Part shown: positions 1 to 8,701 of the stretch, piece after piece | Layout of the letters: each line of letters begins with the position of its first letter | How positions within the stretch are numbered: position 1 is the first letter of the stretch | Source: Savitreella phatthalungensis | Taxonomy: Eukaryota | DNA length: 64,000 nt | Assembly (NCBI GenBank): GCA_051599415.1 | Contig: AP039699.1 | Span: forward strand, 1 to 64,000 | Direction: 5' to 3' | Made by a program: the position numbers and the translations under genes | The notes under the pieces: model-generated | The model's input: only the letters and a program-made list of their open reading frames with translations | Database searches by the model: none | What the model was told of the DNA's origin: nothing

Positions 1-65
1 TTACTTCGTTCAGTTACGTATTGCTAAGGTTAAGACTACTTTCTGCCTTTGCGAGAACAGCACCT
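1..65 (+). other. Untrimmed Oxford Nanopore ligation adapter plus native barcode 06 (artefact, not genomic)
   Basis: 2-25 TACTTCGTTCAGTTACGTATTGCT is the ONT adapter top strand. 26-33 AAGGTTAA and 58-65 CAGCACCT are the native-barcode flanks. 34-57 GACTACTTTCTGCCTTTGCGAGAA is NB06. Confidence 0.97.
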
Positions 66-129
66 AACCCTAACCCTAACCCTAACCCTAACCCTAACCC
101 TAACCCTAACCCTAACCCTAACCCTAACC

Positions 130-170
<41 letters not shown>

Positions 171-174
171 CCCT
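66..174 (-). repeat. Telomere (TTAGGG)n, C-strand on +
   Basis: 18 AACCCT units with one extra A at ~150, at the contig end in left-telomere orientation. Confidence 0.98.
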
Positions 175-2130
175 TGCTCTGCTTTGCTCGCTTCCTTGCT
201 CACTCACTCGCTTGCTAACCTTGTTTCTCTGCTCATGCCTGCTGCCTCGCTACACTACACTTGTCCGCATGCATACGCGCCTGCTGGTCTTCAACATCAT
301 CATCATCTTGCTGTCTCCTTGCTGCCTCTTTCTGCTGCTCCTCTCTCTGCTGTACTCCTGCCCTCAATCCCTCATCTGTCTGACACTCTTCCTCCTGTTT
401 ACCTGAAACATCCCATGCCATTTGCTCCCCACATTCCTTCTCCCAAAAACCCTGCCATCTGTTTCATCTGCAACTGCACCGTCACCTGCCAAATACTGTT
501 ACCCGTATGATACCTGCCTTACGCTGTTACCTGCATGTCACCTGCCACACGCTGCTGCCTGCATGTTGCCTGTCAAATGCCGTTATCTGCACTGCCACCT
601 GTCAAACATGTTTACCTGCTACGCTCCTGCTGGTCCTCAACATCATCACCTTGCTACCTCCTGGCTGCCCCCTGGCTGCCCCTTTGCTGCTTCGCTCCCT
701 GCTGTGCTCCTGCTCTCACTCCTGCTGCTGTTGCTTACTTTGTCACTCCATGTCACTTCACTCTCCTTGACCCATACACTGCTCATCCTACTCACTTCTA
801 TCACCCTCATCTATTTGACATTCTTCTCCATTTACCCAACACACCCCATGCAAAATCACTCCACATTCTTATTGTTAATTGCCTCCCCATCTGTTTCATC
901 TGCAACTGCACCGTCACCTGCTAAATGCTGTTACCTGCATGTCACCTGCTAAATCCTGCTACCTGAACTGCCACCTGTCAAATGCCGTTACCCGCACTGC
1001 CACTTGTCAAACACTGTTACCCGCCCTGCCGCCTGGCAAATGCCACTACCTGCCAAAACGCCTGTCAACTGTCAAATCCACTCATCAATCCCATTACCTG
1101 CCCTGTCATCCCGTCAAATGCTGTTGCTGCCCTGTCTCTGTCAAATGTCATTACCTGCCTGGTCTCCTTCAAATGCTGTTATCTGCACCGTTGTCTGCCA
1201 TGTGCTGTTGCCTGCACCATCATCTTGTCACCTGGTCTTATCTGCACTGTCACTTATGTCATCATCTCTCAAACACCGTTACCTGCGCTACTACTTGCCT
1301 CATTGCCCTGCTCTGTGGCCTGGCATTTGTCAAACCCTGGATCGGCCAATTGCTGTTGACCTGTCAACCCCTGTTGTGTATCACACACTTGTTGCCCGCA
1401 CTGTACCTTGTTTCATTACTGCACTGCCATTGGCTGAATGATGTCATCTGTTCAAACTGTGCTGTCACTGGATGCGTCATTGCTGCACTGTCACTTGTCA
1501 CTGTCATTTGTCACCTGGCCCTGCCACTGACTCTGTCTCTGCTTGTTATAAACACCACCTGCTTGGCCCTGGCCCTATCCTGTTGCCTGCATTCTCATTC
1601 CTCTGTCTGTAATTGGCACTGGCGCCTGTTGTGCAACATCAATTAAGTGCAATTGATTGCAATGTCACATGGCATGCACTGTTTCCTCCACTGTTGCTTG
1701 TCCAATCCATTGCTTGCACTGCGCTGTGCCCTTTATGCCACAACTGACTTCAGTTCACTCTCACTTGCTCCAATTGCCTGTCTTGTGCGCTGTCACCTGT
1801 ACTTGCCACTGTCATGCACTGTAATCTGTCAACTACATTGTGACTGTGCCTGTCTGTGCTTTCTCTCTAGCTTGTTTGATCTCCCTGTCTACTTTTGATT
1901 GACTGTGATCACTGTCATCTATCTCCTGTTCTCCACACCCATTCCACACCATTTCATTTGTTGTCAATGCATGCCAGTCTATGCCATATAGATGTGCACT
2001 GCTTAATTGATCCATTTTATTCCTATCTTATCTCCTATCTCATCTTATCTCTGCCTCCATGTGTGCGCAACATCACATCATTTTCTCATTCTGTCAACTT
2101 TAATTGGCCATATCTTCTGATCCAGATGTC
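175..2130. repeat. Telomere-associated low-complexity, CpG-depleted repeat region with a 28-29 bp minisatellite and an internal duplication
   Basis: Degenerate unit TCACCTGYCAAATGCTGTTACCTGCA(C)TG is tandem at ~482-620 and ~914-1200. 455-489 is identical to 887-921. CTGCTGGTCYTCAACATCATCA occurs at 281 and 627. Confidence 0.85.
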
Positions 2131-2147
2131 AGATGATCATGAGACTA

Positions 2148-2292
2148 GTCTCATCATGAAGCGATTGATCAACTCTATAAAAAGTATTTCGATATGTACA
2201 ACGGTTTTTCATCTATATACTGAGCTTGTCTCATCATGACGCCATTGATTGACTCTATAAAAAACATTTTCACATGTACAATGGTTTTTCAT
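2148..2292. repeat. Direct repeat, 2 copies, 80-bp period
   Basis: GTCTCATCATGA...CTCTATAAAAA...ATGTACAAYGGTTTTTCAT at 2148-2212 and 2228-2292. A perfect palindrome ATGAGACTAGTCTCAT lies at 2139-2154. Confidence 0.9.
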
Positions 2293-2643
2293 TGTCTGAA
2301 TTAGACTGGGTTTATATACTGTGCCTGCCACATGCTCACAATGCAAGGCCCTTGGTCTTGTGGCACAGTGGTCTGGCCCCCACTGAGCTACTGAGTCACA
2401 AGCTCTGTGCATGGAGGGTAGATGCAGGTCTGGCAGAACTTGAACTTTGAGTTTGAGTTCTTGGGTCCAAATCCTGCTTGGAGCAACAATTAACTGCCAA
2501 TAAGCTCTAGGCAGTCAGGGAGCAAGAGCGCTCTCAGGGGCTTTCCCTCCATGCATGAGGTCAGAACATTTCTCTGAGTGTTCTGATACAGGGGGTTTTG
2601 CCAAATTTTTTCATGATTCAGGCACAGAGAGATGAACACAGCA

Positions 2644-2721
2644 AATGCAGAGAATACAGCGGAATGCAGGGGATGCAGGGGATGCAGGGGATGCAGGGAA
2701 TGTAGGGAATGCAGAGAATGC
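2644..2721. repeat. 9-bp tandem repeat (GGGATGCAG and variants)
   Basis: GGGATGCAG x3 flanked by GGAATGCAG, GGAATGTAG and AGAATGCA variants. Confidence 0.85.
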
Positions 2722-2882
2722 AATTTGGTTTTTGCAATTTGGTTTTTACAGTTTGGTTTACAGTTTGGTTTTGCAGTTTGGTTTTGCAGTTTGGTTCACG
2801 GCTGCACTTAGGTTTTACAGTTTGGTTTTACAGTTTGGTTTTTACAGTTTGGTTTTACAGTTTGGTTCTACAGTTTGGTTCG
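2722..2882. repeat. ~13-bp tandem array TTTGGTTTT(A/G)CAG
   Basis: About a dozen units with variable T-run length. Confidence 0.9.
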
Positions 2883-3000
2883 TCCCTAACTGTTGACTTA
2901 CAGTTAGGGTTGCCATGCAGTGTTTCATCCCTAACTTCATGGCTATAATCTGGCGCTGCTGGAAACAGTTTGGGATTTTTGAACGGAATATATATATAGA

Positions 3001-3403
3001 GTAATTGCAGAAGTGACAGCGTTGTGTACAAATCATACACAATCGACCCGGGCCACGGAGTGGTTGCGACACATGGGTCAGCAACGCTGCTTAGACCAAC
3101 CTCTGTCATGGTCCTTCTGTGTCTGTTTGTATTTGTTTGTGTCTGTTTATGCTTGTTTGTGTCCCTTGTTGGACTTCTGTTTGGAACCTCCTGTGCTGTC
3201 TGGTTTGAGTCCATGTTGCTTTGTCCGTCGCTCTTAGGTCCTACAATCGTCTTCCGCGACACAAATCACCGCTGACACCTAGCACAGATTCATGGGTATC
3301 GGATGTTACGACTGCTCAAGTTATCTGAGACTCCCTGTGATGTCTGATCCGTGTCCGGATTGCTTCGTCCGCCGCTCACGGGTTCTGCGGCTGTCCAGTG
3401 ACA
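3001..3403. mobile_element. Degenerate LTR fragments of the same family as 4801-5314
   Basis: 3001-3071 is the reverse complement of 4801-4871 (LTR 5' end). 3075-3310 aligns with the 3' half, ~5055-5314 (CGGATGTTACG vs CGGATGTGACA). 3330-3400 is a further partial copy (TGCTTCGTCCGCCGCTCACGGGTTCTGCGG). Confidence 0.7.
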
Positions 3404-4454
3404 ATGTGATAGACAGTGTACTTGTTGTCTCAGCATGCTGTCAATGTTGCGGCAGCAAAGCAGAACAACGTGTAGCATTCACAGGTGCCTTTCTCAAGGA
3501 CAAAGCTTTCTGTGGCGGAATTCTATGTTTCAGTACAAGTAAGTAAGACTGTGAAAAATAGACATGCATTATGCAATGTTGTATGATATAGCCGAAGATC
3601 TTGGGCGAGACGTAATCATTTCATAGAGCCTCGGTCGTTTGTGCTCCCAAAGTCATGCACTGAAGGCTATCTCATGCTTTCAGCTTGCCGCGCCTAGTTC
3701 AGAGATGGTAATGTGTCGGAAAAGGTCATACACCCGTTGCTCAATTGTTAATACTTTGACGAGTGTACACATGCCAAAACTGCGCAGCTGCGATGCAGTC
3801 CTTGCCTTGTACTTTCAGCCTGTACATCGATGTATGCTCGCGTGTGCGGTCCGATGAGCTGATCACTAAATGTGGGCGATAAATCCATTTTGTTGTCGAA
3901 TTTGCACGCGCAAGTAGTCAAGCCGCCTGACCTTTGGCGCATAATTTCAGTGACCTGAATGATAATGGATCCGCTGAATAGCTCACTTCTGACAAGGTAT
4001 TAACTGTTCTTGCCGGGATGTGCATTCTGTTCTCAGACACCACGATCCTGTGAAGTCAAGATGCTGCATGTTTGGACGTCAGCACCCTTCTGCCACAGCG
4101 CATGCAAGATCTTTCATGAGATATTGCTCAAGCTATCGCCTCCATCGGGCATGCTTAGTCGATTGGCAGAAATGCCATTTATTGAACGCCCGAAATGCTT
4201 TTGATAAGACTTCTACTTATCTGGACTGACCATGAGAGTACAGGTCCCATAGATGCAAATCATGGCAGGACATCTACTCCCTCAAAGGAGCGGGAGTGTT
4301 TCGTTGCTTCGAAACGTGCAGCCTGTCAATGGTTCTTCCTGTCGCAACTGTCTGCCGTTGAAACACAGCGCAGGGGAGCACACTTTGGAAGGACAATTTG
4401 GCCTGAAGATGCGTTTTGTCTTATCTCGATTGCATTCGACAAATAAGGCAGTTA

Positions 4455-4800
4455 CTGCGGAGTACTGGTGCAAGAGTCGGAAACCACGGACAAATAACGC
4501 AGACACGAGCCAGACGATTCAAAAGGACTCACATGGAGCTGGCAAAAAGCACATACAAACACAAACAGACATAAATCCACATAAACATCTACAAAGAGAC
4601 ACAAGGAGGACTGCAAGAGACCAGGTCAAGTCAGTGTCCTGACCTGTGCGGATGCTAGGCTGACGCATGCCTCAACTCTGCTGTCATAGCAGATTGCGTT
4701 GTGGACCTTAGGTATAAGAGCACGCAGCACGCTGCATACGAATCACATGCAAGTTACTGGTGGACTAAGCTCAGAACAATTCCATTTGAGAGCTCCACAC
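4455..4800 (-). mobile_element. Older inverted LTR copy interrupted at 4800
   Basis: Its reverse complement aligns with 4901-5220 (GTGTGGAGCTCTCAAATGGAATTGTTCTG vs GTATGGAGGTGTCAAAGAGTATTGTTCTG; shared CAGCGTGCTGCGT; shared GTCTGGCTCGTGTC). A probable remainder lies at ~5349-5383. Confidence 0.7.
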
Positions 4801-5314
4801 TGTCACAACCACTCTGTGGGCCGGGTCAATTGTATATGATTTGTACACAACGCCATCACTTCCGCAATCACTTGGTTTATGTATGACAAGATAGCAGCCC
4901 CGTATGGAGGTGTCAAAGAGTATTGTTCTGTGCTAGGTCCTGATCTTTGTGATATCTGGCCCACTGTCTCCATACAGCGTGCTGCGTCCTCTGGTACCCT
5001 ACCAACCTGCCACGTCAGCAGAGTCGTGGTATGTTTCAGTTATAGCATGGTTGGCGTCACTGCCTAGACCGTCTCGTAGCCCCTCTGTGTCTGTTTGTGC
5101 TTGTTTGTATCTCTTAGTGTTCTTCGGTGGGCTCCGTCTGTGTTCTCCTGTGTGGTCTGGCTCGTGTCCGTGTCGCTTCGTCCGTCGCTCTCGGGTCCTG
5201 CGGCCGTCCTCCGCAACACACACCGGGTCGCAATCTTGTCATTTGTGTACCGAGTAATTGTTGTAGTGACGGTGTCGTCTTCAAGCAGCTCGTACAGATA
5301 GTCCGGATGTGACA
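4801..5314 (+). mobile_element. Solo LTR (Ty3/gypsy-type termini), 514 bp
   Basis: Termini TGTCACAACC...GGATGTGACA match at 9/10 as an inverted repeat. Several diverged copies lie nearby. No PBS/PPT or coding region and no clean TSD. Strand is arbitrary. Confidence 0.7.
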
Positions 5315-5906
5315 AGCTCCCCAGAGTCACAATCCTTCAGATGCAGCGCCAAGTGATTCGGGATTGATGGCACCGTGCACAAGTGTGTAGGAATGGTACG
5401 GACAATTCAATGAGTCGTGACAGACAATCACAAGGGACGTAAGGCAGGCAAAATCAAACGATGGGCAGTTCGAGGGGAGTGTCGCACCTCAGAGCATTCT
5501 CAGTTCTGCGAAGAAGCCATAAGACAAGGTCTATACAATAAGACCCACGTTCAGAAGGATGGCCGCTCCAGTTACACTCGTATACGCTGTGCATGCCTCG
5601 ATGTGAAGGGAAGTGCCTGATGTGGCGCAGATCATGGCATGTCGACCTGCTGTGAGGCACGGCAATCCTGACATAGCCAGCCAGCCAGCCCGTGGAGCAA
5701 CATACAGCTCAAAGCACTGCTTGATCGTTGCGTAAGCAAGAGAAGGTACATTAATGAGCACTGTGAGCACTACATCATCACGTGCGAGGGGACCGGAGCC
5801 GGAGTGGCGTTTCGCATTAGCCAGTCTACTGCTCGTACACAACGGGTGCTGAGCCTATGTGAGGCAGCTTCAGATCGCATTTTCAGCACCCAGAGGACCG
5901 TATCGC

Positions 5907-7553
5907 TTACATGATGCTGCATTGGCTCCGGAACCACCAGTGATTCTGCAGTCTTCGGAGCCAATGGAGGACGATGGCCAGTCGAATTTTTACGCTGCGA
6001 GCCTTCAGCATTAGATATTTCTCTTCCTCGTCAACAGGAATGACGCTTGCAACCCAGAACGCAAATACGCTGGGGTCACTCGGAACCAGACCGTGGGTCA
6101 TTTCAAGTCGCTGAAGCATCCATGGCGCAGAACCATTGCGCAGCGTGTCAACAAATGAAGAAGCCTCATTGAGAAGTTCTTGAGTTGTCTTATCAAGGTC
6201 AGTCTCGGACAAATCGAATCCGAGCTCACTCGCGGACAGCAGACTGCTGGCCTGTTCTTCTTCTGAGTCACCATCGATACCGTCATCGGGAAGAAGCTCA
6301 CAGTGGCCCATGATGTAACCGTCGACAATGCCCCATCGCAACAGCTTGAACCTGTCCTCACCCGTGGTCTCAATCAGACTACGGCCGTCGTCCAAATACT
6401 GTACGCTGTTGATGCGGAGCACCGTTCCGTACTGCGCGACCGGACAATCCTGCTGTTCTGAGGCGCGCGCGCCGGGACTGCCCATCTTTGGCAGACACAT
6501 GCCAAATCTCCGATCACTTTGCATGCAACGGCGAATCATGAGCCGATAGCGCGGCTCGAATATATGCAAGAAGGTGGGCATGTAGGGAAATGCCAGTGAG
6601 CAAACGAAAATTGGTATCGTCAACCCGGGACCGAGTCTTTCCTCCTCCGAGATGCCGAAAAGCGCGCGCGGAGAGCTTTCAGTCGCTTCAATATCCGCCT
6701 TACGCTCAGCCCATAGAAGCGGCCAAAAATTCAGCATAAGCGAGGTAACGATACCGCTGCGTGGAGCGTGATAGAGGTTCGCAAATGGTGGCGGAACAGT
6801 GGCTCTGCATGTGGGGCAGGTCGGCGTGTGATCGACCGAGCGTAATAGGCAGGTCCGACAAAAAGTGTGGCCACACGGCGTTGTGAGCGGGTCGTAGAGG
6901 CTACCATAGCAGATCTGACATTCGAGTTCCGCAAGCACTGAAGGAAGCACAGTGCTCGGAATCGACGCCGTATCGGAGGGCAAGTGGAAGGTGTGATTTG
7001 CAAGCGTCGGTACCTCCTTCAACCCATCAAGCACCTCTTTAATGTCGAATGCGGCTGCCGGTGTTTTCTGTCTTTTGAGCTGCAGTAGTGCGCTAATCAG
7101 CGATAAGAACTCTTGGCCACGCTGCACTGAATCGATCTGACCAGCCCAGGTCTGCTGCTCCTGGCGTAGTACGTTCCAGATTTTTGCGAGCACAACGTCG
7201 TGGGCAATGTGCGTCCAGTGTCGTCCTTTCGCACAGTCGAAAGGACACGATCGCATCTCGCCTACGATCCCCTGATCAGCCCAACAATCGTCGCAAAGCG
7301 AATTGCCACAGGGCAAGGTTCGCGCGCTCTCAAGGGGCCGACCACAGAGCGGACATGTCAGGAGGCCTAGTAGCACTGTTGCAGTCGAATGCCTCTTATC
7401 ACTGATGCGCACCGGAGTGTTCCCGCCGGGGACCCGAGAAACCGACGAAGCGGACGAATTGCCCGCTGTCCCATGCACTCCCGGAGTTTGCGGATCTTGC
7501 TCGTCGCCAAGCGCAGCATCTAGCCACGCGCTCTTTGCATTGCGCAAATCCAT
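5907..7553 (-). CDS. RING finger / LON N-terminal domain protein (LONRF/CrgA-like E3 ligase) with C-terminal CaaX
   Basis: Two RING-type motifs (CPLC..CGNSLCDDC..CPFDC; CQIC..CGHTFCRTC..CPTC), a LON domain (FPYMPTFLHIFEPRYRLMIRRC) and a CSIM end. First ATG is 7553; the frame stays open upstream. Confidence 0.9.
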   Translation of the reverse strand: MDLRNAKSAWLDAALGDEQDPQTPGVHGTAGNSSASSVSRVPGGNTPVRISDKRHSTATVLLGLLTCPLCGRPLESARTLPCGNSLCDDCWADQGIVGEMRSCPFDCAKGRHWTHIAHDVVLAKIWNVLRQEQQTWAGQIDSVQRGQEFLSLISALLQLKRQKTPAAAFDIKEVLDGLKEVPTLANHTFHLPSDTASIPSTVLPSVLAELECQICYGSLYDPLTTPCGHTFCRTCLLRSVDHTPTCPTCRATVPPPFANLYHAPRSGIVTSLMLNFWPLLWAERKADIEATESSPRALFGISEEERLGPGLTIPIFVCSLAFPYMPTFLHIFEPRYRLMIRRCMQSDRRFGMCLPKMGSPGARASEQQDCPVAQYGTVLRINSVQYLDDGRSLIETTGEDRFKLLRWGIVDGYIMGHCELLPDDGIDGDSEEEQASSLLSASELGFDLSETDLDKTTQELLNEASSFVDTLRNGSAPWMLQRLEMTHGLVPSDPSVFAFWVASVIPVDEEEKYLMLKARSVKIRLAIVLHWLRRLQNHWWFRSQCSIM

Positions 7554-8701
7554 ATGCCTGTTTTGCCGCGGTGTAGCCTGACGTTTGCAATTTGGCGCGG
7601 CAGTCACTGCACCAAGCAGCTTTCGAGGACACCCTTTTGCACAACCTACGGACCCTCCTTTGAATATCGTGCCTACAGAGGCCCCTTAGCGCTAGCGCTG
7701 CTTATGATTCCTCTTCTCTTGGGCTGGAGATCTGCTTACTTTTGTGTTCTCCGAATCATTCGTGATGAATTCATGCACGTAATCCGGAAGTTCAACCGTT
7801 TCCAGCTTGTCAATGCAAAATCTGGCCAATGAAATGACGTCGTACGTAAACATCCTTAGGTGATTTCGTCCTGTGACGGCATGAGTCAGTTTCAGATGAT
7901 GCACATAAGAGATCGAAGAATTGGCAATATCTTTATTGGAGACTTCTTGGTGACAGCGACATGATGTACGCCCAAGCGTTTGTGTGACCTGGTGTTTCCG
8001 GTCAGTACTGACAAAGCATCCGTGAATGACACGCCTTACACTGGCTCGCCCTGCTGCGTCCAGCCTGTCAAGTGCCTTGTATCTGAATGAATGACCTCAC
8101 AGACCTTGCAGCAGTAGCGACTCCGGAGACGGCAGATTTAGCGACGAGAGTAGGAACTGCGAAGACAACGCCTGTCTCTCGTGCTTATGAATCGCTATGC
8201 TATTCAGACAGACATGATTAGACACATATTGCGGCAGGAACCTATCTGCGCCATAGTCACTGTCGAGGAAAACCAGGCATGATCGCTCGCACAGACTCTC
8301 TTGTGTAGAGGGTGGCTTATAGTAACGACATGTTGGGGAAACAAGTATCTCAGTCTCAAATGATGGTGTTTGCCAGCGCTTCATGATTTCTGAGCAGCCG
8401 TGTCGAAAGCACAGCCTGCAATACAAAGCTGACAGCCTTAACTCTGGCAACTCGTGACAGAAGGGCCCTGGATGGACGGAGTCGCACGACTGTCGCCCAA
8501 CAACGCGCACACGAGCAATGTTGAGCTGCTTTGCGATGAGCCTCTCGTGATTTGACCAAGCCGATGAGCTGAACAAGGAAAGGGCATCATCGCATTAAGA
8601 GCATATTTAGACGCAATAACTTTCATAGTCGGCTGTCCCGATAGAAAAGTTGGAGACAAAAAACGCGCCTCTACGATGCGGCAAGAAATTGAGACGACGC
8701 T

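Noticed and set aside
482..1200. 28-29 bp repeats as a CRISPR array
   Set aside because: They are degenerate tandem units without unique spacers, there are no cas genes, and the context is eukaryotic.
49..2239. Long Cys/His/Leu-rich ORFs (e.g. 49-510, 879-1646) that look like metallothioneins or effectors
   Set aside because: They are artefacts of adapter, telomere and TG/CA-rich repeat composition; several overlapping frames are open at once.
3024..3275. Hydrophobic signal-peptide-like ORF (MVLLCLFVFVCVC...)
   Set aside because: It translates the GT-rich tract of the LTR copies.
4791..5320. AGCTCC on both sides of the solo LTR as a target-site duplication
   Set aside because: The left copy is separated from the LTR terminus by ACAC, so it is not a clean TSD.
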